A stretch of DNA of 36,727 nucleotides from a virus (taxonomy: Duplodnaviria; Caudoviricetes). The notes under the pieces were generated by a model that worked only from the letters and a program-made list of their open reading frames with translations, did not search any database and was not told the DNA's origin. The stretch lies in IMG/VR virus record IMGVR_UViG_3300020043_003766, positions 1 to 36,727 of that record, one strand, 5' to 3'. Within the stretch, counting starts at the first letter, position 1. Every line of letters begins with the position of its first letter. Below are positions 1 to 9,651 of the stretch, in pieces. Position numbers and translations under genes: made by a program.

Positions 1-2
1 AT

Positions 3-254
3 AACAGGGAGCGGGTATTGATTGGATTGAGTGGTAATTATTACAATCACTATTTAGGCGTGATGTTTGAATACGGAACCGCTCCACGTATACAAGAAAA
101 AACTGGAAGGTACACGGGGGAGCTAGGAACACAGCGGGCATTTATGCGCCCAGCAATGGACCAAAACAGAAACCGAGTAATCGAAGGTATCAAAAAAGGC
201 GTTGATCAAATCATTGCCGATTTAGCAAAGAAAAATAACTTAATATATAAATAA
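3..254 (+). CDS. HK97 gp10-like tail completion/neck protein (5' partial)
   Basis: Motifs EYGT and RAFMRPAMD are typical of the HK97 gp10 family. The frame is open to the window start, and the gene sits upstream of the tail tube gene. Confidence 0.75.
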   Translation, partial: NRERVLIGLSGNYYNHYLGVMFEYGTAPRIQEKTGRYTGELGTQRAFMRPAMDQNRNRVIEGIKKGVDQIIADLAKKNNLIYK

Positions 255-256
255 CC

Positions 257-694
257 ATGGCAACTACTGGACCAGTAAACGGCACGCTTATAAGCATCTA
301 TAAAGATGTAAGCGGTACCCCTGTAAAAATCGCAAACGCGACTTCACACTCTATCGACATTTCAAAAGATATGATCGACGTAACCAACAAAGACAGCGCA
401 GGCGCAAAGGAATTTATCGCGGGCGAGTATGGCTACACGTTGAACGTTGAAGGTATCTTTGAAGAGGACGCGTCTGTATCTACAACAGGCCAATCATTCA
501 AAGACTTGTTGACCGATCTTTTGGCAGGTACTTCTGTAACTGTTGTAATGACTACCAACAGCAGCACAGATCAAAAATTAACAGGCGCAGCTTTCTTTAG
601 CAGCTTAAGCCTTAGCGCCCCCAACAATGACAAAGCAACTTTCACCGGTACTTTGCAAGGTTCAGGCGCTTTGACTATCGGCACCGTTGCTTAA
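257..694 (+). CDS. Major tail tube protein (TP901-1/Phage_tail_2-like)
   Basis: 145 aa with IDVTNKDS..KEFIAG, YTLNVEG and ATFTGTLQGSGAL; followed by a chaperone and a tape measure gene. Confidence 0.85.
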   Translation: MATTGPVNGTLISIYKDVSGTPVKIANATSHSIDISKDMIDVTNKDSAGAKEFIAGEYGYTLNVEGIFEEDASVSTTGQSFKDLLTDLLAGTSVTVVMTTNSSTDQKLTGAAFFSSLSLSAPNNDKATFTGTLQGSGALTIGTVA

Positions 695-716
695 TTAATT
701 TTCTTATATTTGTGGC

Positions 717-1043
717 ATGAACCACATTACCATTGGGGGTGTTCAGCACCCCCTTTTGTTTAACATGAATTCGCTGCGCAACGTTATGCAGTTGGCAGGA
801 ATGGAAAATTTCGCAGATCTAAACCTGCAGAAAGACCTCGCTAAATCTATGGACTTCGCACTGGCTTGCGCATTCTATGGCATTGTTGAAGGCTACGAAG
901 CCGAGGGCAAAAAGACGCCATACACTAGCGTGCAGAAATTGGGCGCAGCCGTTAAAAAGTTTACAGAGTTAAGCCCTGCGCTCGATGGATTCACGGCAGC
1001 CGTTACAGACTTTTTTAGCACAGACGAGCCAGAGGGAAAGTAA
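717..1043 (+). CDS. Tail assembly chaperone (gpG-like)
   Basis: Follows the tail tube gene and ends in the slippery sequence GGGAAAG directly before TAA. Confidence 0.85.
   Translation: MNHITIGGVQHPLLFNMNSLRNVMQLAGMENFADLNLQKDLAKSMDFALACAFYGIVEGYEAEGKKTPYTSVQKLGAAVKKFTELSPALDGFTAAVTDFFSTDEPEGK
1034..1040 (+). other. Programmed -1 ribosomal frameshift site GGGAAAG
   Basis: Same heptamer as lambda G/T. The -1 frame stays open from 1034 to 1384 (KVKAKGDSAPLTWRKIERISYGELGLSESEFWKCTP...). Confidence 0.9.
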
Positions 1044-1384
1044 AAGCCAAGGGCGACAGCGCACCGCTAACTTGGCGCAAAATTGAGCGCATCAGTTACG
1101 GCGAACTCGGACTGTCTGAATCTGAGTTTTGGAAATGCACCCCACGCTTTTGGCGTTTGAAATTGGAGGGCATGCGTGAAGCGCAGACGCAAGCCTATAG
1201 AAACCAGTGGGAAATCACACGCTGGGCAGTTGCTACAGGTATGGCGCCCCACTTAAAGAAACCCATTGAGCCGAAAAGGCTGTTAACATTTCCTTGGGAA
1301 GAGCCCGAGTTTTTGTCTATTCACGAAGCGCTTAAACTATATTCGCATGTCTTTGATAAGTTAACCCCAGACGCCAAGGCATGA
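1034..1384 (+). CDS. gpT-like frameshift extension of the tail chaperone (gpGT C-terminal part)
   Basis: The 1157..1384 ORF is in the -1 frame of 717..1043 and is open back to the slippery site. It carries a LGLSESEFW..TP motif typical of gpT parts. Confidence 0.8.
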   Translation, partial: GKVKAKGDSAPLTWRKIERISYGELGLSESEFWKCTPRFWRLKLEGMREAQTQAYRNQWEITRWAVATGMAPHLKKPIEPKRLLTFPWEEPEFLSIHEALKLYSHVFDKLTPDAKA

Positions 1385-1788
1385 GCGCACCCATAAAAAT
1401 AGTTTATAACATTCTCAGCAACAACTCAGCGCTCACGGCCTTAGTTAGCAGCAGGATAAACCCCATACGTATACCGCAAGAGTCGGCATTCCCTGCAATC
1501 GCTTACAACTTAGTTAGCGTTATTGCATCACCTACCAACACAAGCCACAGCCGTACAGACTTTGCACGGGTGCAGGTGAGCAGTTTCGGCACTACGTTTG
1601 CGAGCGCCACAGCGGTGGCGGCAGCAGTGCGCACAGCATTGGAGGCGGTAAGTTTGCCGGGTACTTTTAACGGTGCGAAATGTCAGACTATTGAGTTTGA
1701 TGGCGAGGTGCATCTAGCAGAAGATGAGGCAGGGTTTGCGGGAATCTTTCACGTTGCTCAGGACTTTATAATTAACTATACACGATAA
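1381..1788 (+). CDS. Tail terminator/completion protein (DUF3168/gp17-like)
   Basis: ALTALVSSRINP..PQ..AFPAIAY and RVQVSSF..T..A..VA.AVR.AL pattern. Confidence 0.75.
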   Translation: MSAPIKIVYNILSNNSALTALVSSRINPIRIPQESAFPAIAYNLVSVIASPTNTSHSRTDFARVQVSSFGTTFASATAVAAAVRTALEAVSLPGTFNGAKCQTIEFDGEVHLAEDEAGFAGIFHVAQDFIINYTR

Positions 1789-3674
1789 TGGCAAGGTCCT
1801 TAAATATAGTAATTGGCGCAAACATTGAGAAGCTCAGAGCGGGTTTTAATGATGCGATTTCAGTGATCAAAAAGGCGGGCGGTGAAATGTCTGCCGACGT
1901 GGCGAAGAGTGCAAAGAGCATCGAGGAGAAGTTAGCGGCGATTGCGACACGTAACCCGACGATGGGAACTGTTAGGCAGTTGACACAGTTGGCCATGGAG
2001 GCCCGGGCATTGGGTCCAGAGTTTGCCGCTTCTGCTGACCAGTTTATCCGTGAAGCGGGTAGAATTAAAGATTCTATAGGCGACGCACGTGGGGAGGTTG
2101 CATACTTTGCAAGTGATACCCGTAGGCTCGATGCTGTATTGGGTGGAGTGCAAGCAGTTGCCGGGGCGTTCGGAGCATTGCAAGGGGCTACCGCTTTGCT
2201 AGGTATTGAAGATGAAAACCTTCAAAAAACCATGGTAAAGTTGCAGGGGGCCATGGCTATAGTGAGTGGGGCGCAAGCCATACAGAACGCACTGCAAGCT
2301 GAAAGCGCCGTAATGATTGGAATACAAACAGCCGCCACGAAAGTGCAGACCTACGTTATGGGCCAAGCAACGATTGCGGCACGCGTTTACTCTGCGGCTT
2401 TGTTGGCTACGGGTGCGGGTGCTATCATTGTGGCCATTGGTTTGGTGATCACCATGTTTCAAAAAAGCGGCAAAGCTATTGAAGAGGCAAAGGTAAAACT
2501 GGCAGCATTAGAAAAACAGCAGGAACGTGGTTTAACTTTAGGCCAGCGCAGAATTAAAGAAGAAGAGCGAGCACTTGATTTGCTTGTAAGTAGAGCGCAG
2601 GCAGAAGGCAAAAGCGAGCAATATATTTACAACCTTAAAAAGGCAAGCCTTGAAAAGCAAAAGGCAATATATAAGCAGTACGGAAAGGAAGCACTTGATT
2701 TACTTTTTGAACAACGTGCGCAGGAATTATACACAGTTGAAGCCAACAGTAAAGAGGCCACAGCCATAAGAAAAAAATATGCGCAACTTGAAAACGATTT
2801 AAGGTATTCAATCAATAACGAATATCAGGGCAAAGTTGTAGCTCTTGAAATTGAAAAAAATCAACTGCTGTCTAATGCTCGAAAGAACAATTTAAAAGAT
2901 CACAAACAAGATCTAGACGATCAAGTGAGCGCCGAGGAATTGGCTGCCGTTCGGATTGCCTATTTGAAGAGTACCGGGGTTACTGAAAAGATTCAAAACA
3001 ATGAGCGCCAAGGTCTGAAGGTAATTGATCCTGCGCCGATTGATATTAAGGCACCTCAAAAACTTGAGCACACATTTACCCAAATCGATTATGCTATGCA
3101 AAACCAACTTGCAAAGCAGGAAGAATACGAGCAGGGATTCAAGAAGTCAATGGAGGGAGTTAACCAGGCGTTTAATAGTTTGACAGCTGACGGACTCGAA
3201 GCGTTCGGCGTATTGTTGGGCGACATCATGACGGGACAAGTTGGAAGTTTTCAAGATTTTGGCAAGAAATTACTGGGTGCGATTGCAGGATTTATGAAAT
3301 CGTTTGGTCAGGCGTTAATTGCCACGGCGACAGCATCAAAGGCTTTTAAAGAGTTGTTGATTTCAAACCCTGTGCTCGCAGCTGCCGCGGGTGTGGCATT
3401 GGTTGCGGGTTCGGCCGTAATTACAAACATGCTGAACAAAGGCCCAGAGATGACAGCCTTCGCCGAGGGTGGTATTGTTAGCGGTCCGACGTTGGGGCTT
3501 GTGGGTGAATACCCGGGCGCAAGTTCAAACCCTGAAGTAATTGCACCACTTGACAAACTTAAGGGCATGCTGAACACAAACGATCAAAGCGGATTTGTAG
3601 CAAGTACATCTATACAGGGTAGAGATTTGGCAATTGTTTTGGAACGATATAACAAAGACAGAAATAGGGGATAA
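1788..3674 (+). CDS. Tape measure protein
   Basis: 628 aa, Ala/Gly-rich and helical with hydrophobic stretches. C-terminal FAEGGIVSGPTLGLVGEY...PEVIAPL motif; typical position. Confidence 0.9.
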   Translation: MARSLNIVIGANIEKLRAGFNDAISVIKKAGGEMSADVAKSAKSIEEKLAAIATRNPTMGTVRQLTQLAMEARALGPEFAASADQFIREAGRIKDSIGDARGEVAYFASDTRRLDAVLGGVQAVAGAFGALQGATALLGIEDENLQKTMVKLQGAMAIVSGAQAIQNALQAESAVMIGIQTAATKVQTYVMGQATIAARVYSAALLATGAGAIIVAIGLVITMFQKSGKAIEEAKVKLAALEKQQERGLTLGQRRIKEEERALDLLVSRAQAEGKSEQYIYNLKKASLEKQKAIYKQYGKEALDLLFEQRAQELYTVEANSKEATAIRKKYAQLENDLRYSINNEYQGKVVALEIEKNQLLSNARKNNLKDHKQDLDDQVSAEELAAVRIAYLKSTGVTEKIQNNERQGLKVIDPAPIDIKAPQKLEHTFTQIDYAMQNQLAKQEEYEQGFKKSMEGVNQAFNSLTADGLEAFGVLLGDIMTGQVGSFQDFGKKLLGAIAGFMKSFGQALIATATASKAFKELLISNPVLAAAAGVALVAGSAVITNMLNKGPEMTAFAEGGIVSGPTLGLVGEYPGASSNPEVIAPLDKLKGMLNTNDQSGFVASTSIQGRDLAIVLERYNKDRNRG

Positions 3675-6067
3675 TGGCACGCATTTACTACGGCTTATTT
3701 AAGAGCATTCAAGACGTTGATTATAGGGTTGAGTTGTGGGATGCGCCAAGCGGAAGCACAAGCTCAGGCACCGAGTTAAAACTTGCGGGCGAAGGCTTTG
3801 TAATTGATCGCGAAGGTGAAGGCACTGCAACCTATGAAGAATTTTTAAGGCCATCACGCTGCTCTACCGAGTGGATCATGCCAAACAATACTGTACTGGC
3901 TGACTTTATTTCGATTAGCACAGAGGCCGAGAACAACTGGGCTATGATTGTTTATCGTGAAGATGTACCTATTTGGATTGGCAGAGTTATTGCGGATCAG
4001 ATGACACGCCTAAGGGAAGCCATCCAAGCGAAGCCACAAATAAAACTTGCGGCGGTCGATGGCTTGGAATTGTTAAAAGGCTTTCGGGTTTCTGACACGT
4101 GGTTTACTGATGGCATTATTACAGGCTCTTATCTATTCCGCAAGTGCCTGGAGCAAATCGAATTGAGTGAGTACTGGGTTGTGTTGGGGATCAGTACAAA
4201 TTATTTCTATGATGCGGCTTTGATGTATTCAAGCGATGCGGCTTTGAAAGGTATTCATTTGCTGAGCTTCAACGTTAACGCCTTTGTCAAAAACTTTGAC
4301 CCCATGAAGGACGTGCGGGCTATTGATGTTGACGCTGCCTATTACGCCGACAGCAATATGCTCACCTGCACCGAGGCAATGGAGCAAGTTTGCAGCGCTT
4401 TGCAAGTTAGATTTATTCACGAAATGGCAGGCTATTGGATGGTGCCAGTGAACGGTTATTTTAACACCACGCTCGCCTATCGCCGCTACTCTTACACGCT
4501 CGGCTACCAAGGCACCGGCACCTATACCCACAGGCAGACATTGGCAAGCCCACGGCCGCAATGGGAAGCCAAGCCATCACTGTACTATCAACCCGCTGCA
4601 AAGTTGGTGCGCATAGATACAGAGCGCAGGCTTGCAGGCAGTAACTACAGGACCTATGCAAACCGAACGGACGCCGCTTTCAGTTCTATATTCACAGAGA
4701 TACCAACAGGCAGCACGCCCGACGATGCGCCAATGCGTATAAAGGTATTGACAAAGTTTGGCCGAGCATATCCAAGCGGCTTAGTTGAGAATCAGACACA
4801 AATTAATTATCGCATTTATCTGCGCGATAGTGCTAATACGATTTCCTATTTGCAGGATGATGGCTATTGGTCTGCGGCTGTTAATTCATTTGAGGGCAAA
4901 GTAGATACTCGCGGGCAGAAAACTACCTGGAATAGTTACATGATTGAGCACCAATGTACGACAGCGCCCACAGGTTATGACCGTCTTTTTGTTGATATTG
5001 ATTTTGTTTATTCTGTAGTTAGAACCTATTCAAAAAGTAAGGGATGGCAAACGGCAGCCTCAGCAATAAAACCTTTTTGGGGATCTATTCAAGTGGCATT
5101 TGCCGACAGCTCAGCCTATCAAAACCCAGACTTTGTTTTTGATATTGAGGAGGTATTCAGCCCAGGCACTACGTCGGCTCTGAACAGTACAGAGATTGAT
5201 TTAAAACTTGCGCATTATTCGAGCGATTCAAAATATGCGATCGGCAATATATTGGCGTACAATGGAACCACCAATGTGGTGGCTGACGATTGGTATGGCG
5301 GTTGGGATTCCGTAACCCATGGCACGCTTACTGAAATGATAGGCACGGCAGTAGGCGGTTGCTATAAAGATTTTTTACAAGTGATCCGTGGCAGTTGGGT
5401 AGACAGTGGCACATTGACGGCTATCAAAACTTTGTACTTTGATGGTGGCGCCTGGGTACTGAACGGCTGTAGCTTTAAAGCGAGGTCTGAGGCTTGGGAT
5501 GGCGAGTGGCTTTATCTAGCGCCGACCTATTCAGGGCTGACGTCAACAGGCGAAGGTTACAAAATTGACCCAAACAAAAACGATGATAAGGTAAACTATG
5601 CACTGGAAGCGGTGGCCGACATTAACGGCTCGATAAATTTTGTACCTGAGCAGGTGCTAGAGTTTTTGATTAACGACGCAGAAGGCGCACCGACTGCACA
5701 GCCTACAGTAAATACACGCTGGGAAGTAATGCTCGAGTACGTAGATAGTAGCGAGGTTGTAAGGTGGCACATCCAAGAGCACAACGCTTCTGTGGTTTAC
5801 ACCAACGGCACGCACACCATAACAAATGGCTACGAGCTTATTATTTGCAATACTACCGATGGCAATGTGGTGGTGAACCTACCAAACGCAACCGAGAGTA
5901 AGGGCAAAAAATACTACTTCATTAAGACAGCCAACCCGCACGTGGTAACTATTAGCGGAGGGTCGTATAATATAAACGGGGCGAGCGCAACTACAATCAA
6001 TTCGCTATACGGCAGCAAGACGATAATTTCGGACGGCGCCCAGTGGTATATAATTGCAAGCGTTTAA
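3674..6067 (+). CDS. Tail tip/baseplate hub-like structural protein
   Basis: 797 aa directly after the tape measure gene, rich in aromatic/beta residues. The C-terminal module (VVVNLPNA...GKKYYFIK...ING...SDGAQWYII) is common in phage tail proteins. Confidence 0.65.
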   Translation: MARIYYGLFKSIQDVDYRVELWDAPSGSTSSGTELKLAGEGFVIDREGEGTATYEEFLRPSRCSTEWIMPNNTVLADFISISTEAENNWAMIVYREDVPIWIGRVIADQMTRLREAIQAKPQIKLAAVDGLELLKGFRVSDTWFTDGIITGSYLFRKCLEQIELSEYWVVLGISTNYFYDAALMYSSDAALKGIHLLSFNVNAFVKNFDPMKDVRAIDVDAAYYADSNMLTCTEAMEQVCSALQVRFIHEMAGYWMVPVNGYFNTTLAYRRYSYTLGYQGTGTYTHRQTLASPRPQWEAKPSLYYQPAAKLVRIDTERRLAGSNYRTYANRTDAAFSSIFTEIPTGSTPDDAPMRIKVLTKFGRAYPSGLVENQTQINYRIYLRDSANTISYLQDDGYWSAAVNSFEGKVDTRGQKTTWNSYMIEHQCTTAPTGYDRLFVDIDFVYSVVRTYSKSKGWQTAASAIKPFWGSIQVAFADSSAYQNPDFVFDIEEVFSPGTTSALNSTEIDLKLAHYSSDSKYAIGNILAYNGTTNVVADDWYGGWDSVTHGTLTEMIGTAVGGCYKDFLQVIRGSWVDSGTLTAIKTLYFDGGAWVLNGCSFKARSEAWDGEWLYLAPTYSGLTSTGEGYKIDPNKNDDKVNYALEAVADINGSINFVPEQVLEFLINDAEGAPTAQPTVNTRWEVMLEYVDSSEVVRWHIQEHNASVVYTNGTHTITNGYELIICNTTDGNVVVNLPNATESKGKKYYFIKTANPHVVTISGGSYNINGASATTINSLYGSKTIISDGAQWYIIASV

Positions 6068-6109
6068 TTTGTTAACGAGTCTGCGGTAGGCCTTTTGTAA
6101 ATTTGGCGT

Positions 6110-6448
6110 ATGGCTGTTGCTTTATATACTGGCGAAGATGTTACCATTGCCATCGACTTGGTAGACGACGCTTTTTCTTTAATGGCCGACGTCATTGTAG
6201 GCGTAGTTATTAACGACGTTTTAAAAATTACTTTCAAGAAATCACAGAGCACAGTTACTGCTATCAGTGGTTTCCCAAATCAATGCTCAGTTAAATTAAC
6301 CCGCGCCGTAACTAAGGAGTGGGAGGCTGGCATGCTTTCAATGGAGATAACAAAAGTCTTTACAGATGGGTCTTATCCTTTGGGCAAGCACGTGATCTAT
6401 AAGGATAATATTGTACAGTTCAGCAACGCCCTTACAAAAAATTCATGA
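6110..6448 (+). CDS. Putative baseplate/tail structural protein (BppU N-like Ig fold possible)
   Basis: 112 aa beta-rich ORF (YTGED..I.I.L; V.LT...T..W..G) before the fibre gene. Confidence 0.4.
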   Translation: MAVALYTGEDVTIAIDLVDDAFSLMADVIVGVVINDVLKITFKKSQSTVTAISGFPNQCSVKLTRAVTKEWEAGMLSMEITKVFTDGSYPLGKHVIYKDNIVQFSNALTKNS

Positions 6449-7251
6449 GTAACGATATCATTGTACAGATACCAGGGGCCACAAGTATAACCGTAGACGA
6501 TGCACCCGCGTCGGCCGTGGTTGTAACTTTCCCGGCATCCACGGAAGTGGTAACGTCTGTCATTGATAAAGGGGTATTGTATGGAATCCAAGGGGCGAGC
6601 GGTTTGCCGGGTGGTGTTTTAACCGTAAACAATCAGAGCGGAAACGTAACCCTCACAACGCAAGAGATTCCCGAGGTTTCAACAGCCCTATATTATACAA
6701 ATGAGCGAGTAGATGACCGAGTAAATCAGTTACTACAAGCAGGATCAAATATTACATTAACCTATAACGACAGCGCTAACACGTTAACCATTGCCGCGCA
6801 AGGCTCAGTTACTTCTGTGAATGGCGAGGTTGGTGTTGTGGTGTTGGATAAAACGGATATCGGTTTGGCCAATGTTGACAACACTGCCGACATGGATAAG
6901 CCAGTGAGCACAGCGCAAGCTGCGAGCATTGCAACCAAGGCAAGCACCACGGCATTAACAAACCATACAACCAACTACAGCAACCCGCACCAAGTTACAA
7001 AGGACCAAATCAGTTTGGGCAATGTGCAGAATGTGGACCAAACAGCTGCGGGCAATATTATCAGTGGCACGTTGGATGCTGCTCGATTGCCCATTACGGT
7101 TACACTTGCGGGCAATGTGTTCAATGCTGCGGGCAAACTTGTGCAACTCGACGGCAATTTAAAACTGCCTGCTGTTGATGGATCTAACTTAACAAATCTG
7201 CCGAGCGGTAACAGCGTCGGCGGTAATTTATACCTATTTTACAACTACTAA
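6445..7251 (+). CDS. Tail fibre protein
   Basis: Fibre repeat motifs: SVNG..G.V.L.K.DIGL.NVDNT.D..KPVSTAQ, H..N.SNPH.VTK.Q..LGNV.N and LVQLDG..KLPAVDGSNLT. Confidence 0.8.
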   Translation: MSNDIIVQIPGATSITVDDAPASAVVVTFPASTEVVTSVIDKGVLYGIQGASGLPGGVLTVNNQSGNVTLTTQEIPEVSTALYYTNERVDDRVNQLLQAGSNITLTYNDSANTLTIAAQGSVTSVNGEVGVVVLDKTDIGLANVDNTADMDKPVSTAQAASIATKASTTALTNHTTNYSNPHQVTKDQISLGNVQNVDQTAAGNIISGTLDAARLPITVTLAGNVFNAAGKLVQLDGNLKLPAVDGSNLTNLPSGNSVGGNLYLFYNY

Positions 7252-7254
7252 ACT

Positions 7255-7659
7255 ATGCCTGCAAATACATCACCCATATTCGCACTAACCCCTGAACTCG
7301 CATTCGCAACTGTGACTGCGGCAACAACGGACAGAACAGGTGCGACAATGACAAACACCGTCACACTTTTAACAGCTGCAACAAACGGCACGAAAATTAC
7401 ACAGATTGGGGCGAAGGTTGCTGGAACAAATGCGGCAACTTTGGTTTTGATTTTTGTGAGTGATAGCACGGGTGCAAATTTCAAGTTGTTTGATGAGATT
7501 GCCTTGGCTGCGGTGACTGCTGGAAATACAACCACATCACAAAGAGCAGTTACTGCCTATTCGGATTTGCAATTAAAAGCTGGGCAAGTGGTGAAGGTTG
7601 GAACTACCGTTGCCGTGAGTGATGGGGTAAATGTATTTGCAGTAAAAGGAGATTATTAA
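7255..7659 (+). CDS. Virion/tail-associated protein
   Basis: 134 aa, Thr/Ala-rich and beta-like (MPANTSPIF...GDY), within the tail fibre cluster. Confidence 0.55.
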   Translation: MPANTSPIFALTPELAFATVTAATTDRTGATMTNTVTLLTAATNGTKITQIGAKVAGTNAATLVLIFVSDSTGANFKLFDEIALAAVTAGNTTTSQRAVTAYSDLQLKAGQVVKVGTTVAVSDGVNVFAVKGDY

Positions 7660-7660
7660 T

Positions 7661-7846
7661 ATGCCTGACTTTGGTATAATGCGTGGGTTTGCTGACAAGT
7701 TGTTTGGCGATAAATTATACGCTGGACAATTGCCGACATTCTTGGGATTAATTGGTAGTGTATCAGTTTTAGTCTTTACATTTCAACAATGGCAATTAAT
7801 AACCCCACAAACTTGGGATTCAATAACAACAGAAACTTGGAATTAA
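7661..7846 (+). CDS. Small hypothetical protein (tail cluster)
   Basis: Tightly packed ORF with a Trp-repeat C-terminus (QQWQLITPQTWDSITTETWN). Confidence 0.5.
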   Translation: MPDFGIMRGFADKLFGDKLYAGQLPTFLGLIGSVSVLVFTFQQWQLITPQTWDSITTETWN

Positions 7847-7847
7847 T

Positions 7848-8459
7848 ATGGGAACTTCATTAAACGGATTGACACCAGCCGCCACTTATTCGGGGCTAAT
7901 AAAATTTGGAGATAATAGTGCTATTGGTGCATCGTTAAAAGCATTATCCGATGGTAATGGGAATGATACCATTTTAAGCATTTCAACAACAGCATTACAA
8001 ATTGGAGGGGCTACTGGATTACATTGGGATGATACGAATAAAAGGTTGGGGGTTAACACAATTACACCAACGGCTAAAATTGAAATCATAGGAGGGTCAA
8101 CTTCAGGCACATTTTCATTAAAAATAAAAAAAACAGATGGCACACCTTTATTTCAAATTAGAGATGATGGACAAATTCAAATAGGTAATGGCGTTGGAAG
8201 CATTAACACAATAAACGGGGCAGCAGATTTGCCTCAAATCTATGCCTATACAAGCATTTATACAGGAATTAATACAAAGAACGCATCTGCTCGGATGGAA
8301 TGTGATTCAACTACACAAGGTTTTTTACCTCCCCGAATGACCACAACCCAAAAGACAAACATTAGTACACCTGCTGCAGGATTGGTAGTTTACGATACCA
8401 CATTGGGAAAACTTTGTGTTAGAACTGCATCGTCTTGGGAAACAATAACATCATCATAA
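7848..8459 (+). CDS. Tail fibre/receptor-binding-type protein
   Basis: Motifs WDDTNKRLGVNT.TP.AK and DSTTQGFLPPRMTTTQK..I.TPAAGLVVYDTT, typical of Bacteroidota phage fibres. Confidence 0.7.
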   Translation: MGTSLNGLTPAATYSGLIKFGDNSAIGASLKALSDGNGNDTILSISTTALQIGGATGLHWDDTNKRLGVNTITPTAKIEIIGGSTSGTFSLKIKKTDGTPLFQIRDDGQIQIGNGVGSINTINGAADLPQIYAYTSIYTGINTKNASARMECDSTTQGFLPPRMTTTQKTNISTPAAGLVVYDTTLGKLCVRTASSWETITSS

Positions 8460-8476
8460 TTATATAAATTTACAAT

Positions 8477-8818
8477 ATGAAAGCAATTCAAATCAATACT
8501 CCCGTTAATCTGACAAGCGGAATCGCGATCCCTTCGGGAAGTGTATGTGTAATCGCAGAAGGTTACGCAGATGTCAAAAGCCAAAAAGACGGAGTAATCC
8601 CCGCCCAAATCGCAACCTTTGTTTATGCAAGTTTTCAAGCATTGGCGGAAGGCAAAGCACCGATACAAGGCATTGAGGATTTTAACAGCACTTTTGCAGA
8701 TTTGCAATTAAGCGTTGCGGATTACGAAACACTCGCAGCGGAAACATTGCTTGTCAATGCGGTTGAGTCAGCACTGGAGGCAATCTATCCGAATCAGGTA
8801 GAAGTAATAAGCATTTAA
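8477..8818 (+). CDS. Hypothetical protein (acidic; possible fibre chaperone)
   Basis: 113 aa co-oriented ORF after the fibre genes. Confidence 0.55.
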   Translation: MKAIQINTPVNLTSGIAIPSGSVCVIAEGYADVKSQKDGVIPAQIATFVYASFQALAEGKAPIQGIEDFNSTFADLQLSVADYETLAAETLLVNAVESALEAIYPNQVEVISI

Positions 8819-8828
8819 TTCTAAAGCA

Positions 8829-9110
8829 ATGACGGCAGTTAAGAAAACCCCCTCCCCAATCCCTGTTTCCTTTGATCAATTTCGTAAGAATCCGATTGCT
8901 GCCGTGGCTTTTTGTATGCTTCTGGCTGTTAGCTATTTGTATGTTGACCTTCGCTCGGGGTATAAAGAACAGATTGAAAAGAGCAACCAAAAAATAGATG
9001 CGTTGGATCTAAAGATTGACCGCTTGTCGTATGCTCTCAAAAAATCCGATAGTGCATTGGCTGCTGCGATTACCGAGATCCGTATAATGAACACAATGCG
9101 TAAATTATGA
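8829..9110 (+). CDS. Membrane protein with coiled coil (lysis cluster)
   Basis: One TM segment (PIAAVAFCMLLAVSYLYV) followed by a heptad-rich region. Confidence 0.55.
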   Translation: MTAVKKTPSPIPVSFDQFRKNPIAAVAFCMLLAVSYLYVDLRSGYKEQIEKSNQKIDALDLKIDRLSYALKKSDSALAAAITEIRIMNTMRKL

Positions 9111-9532
9111 AACACTATACTTTGATTTTTGCAGCTTGTTTGTGTATCGCCATTGTTGCCGTGCCACAGCCAAAGGGTAAGGCCGTGCCAGTGGATGAGG
9201 TTGAAATGATGCTGGAGAAGATAAGCAAGAACTTGCAAGCGGCATCTGTTGCAACTGCTCAGGCGCATGAGATGGGCGAGAAAATGGTTGAAAGTAAGGT
9301 TGCGGAAAAGGCCGAACTAAAGCAGGCGGTTGTAGCTGCTGAGGCTAAGGTTGAACAGATGGCAATTGTGCAAGAGGTATTTGTTGCGAAGATGGTAGCC
9401 GCTGGCGTAGATACGGCAATGGTAGAGCAAGAGGCAACTTTAAAAGGCCCTGTTTATGATCAATTTATTGAGTACCAAAAGAACGGAGGCGCTGAAGATT
9501 TTGAATATTTTAGGCTTTATATCTATAAGTAA
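9107..9532 (+). CDS. Secreted or membrane-anchored coiled-coil protein
   Basis: N-terminal hydrophobic segment and an Ala/Glu-rich helical body; ATGA/TAA overlaps with its neighbours. Confidence 0.55.
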   Translation: MKHYTLIFAACLCIAIVAVPQPKGKAVPVDEVEMMLEKISKNLQAASVATAQAHEMGEKMVESKVAEKAELKQAVVAAEAKVEQMAIVQEVFVAKMVAAGVDTAMVEQEATLKGPVYDQFIEYQKNGGAEDFEYFRLYIYK

Positions 9533-9651
9533 TGGCAAAGGCAAAAACTACAGCGTCGGCCACGTGGCAACCCAAGCCCAAAAGAAAAAACAAGGGCGTG
9601 CATTCTAAGAATAATAAACCCGCTAAAAGGTACCGCGGTCAAGGTAGATAA
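9532..9651 (+). CDS. Small basic protein ending KRYRGQGR (39 aa; not in ORF track)
   Basis: MAKAKTTASATWQPKPKRKNKGVHSKNNKPAKRYRGQGR*; TAATG overlaps at both ends fill the gap exactly. Confidence 0.75.
   Translation: MAKAKTTASATWQPKPKRKNKGVHSKNNKPAKRYRGQGR

Noticed and set aside
705-712. TATATTTG before the chaperone gene (and TAAATTTG at 6098-6105)
   Set aside because: These are -7 boxes only, without a correctly spaced -33 TTTG, so they are too weak to call as promoters.
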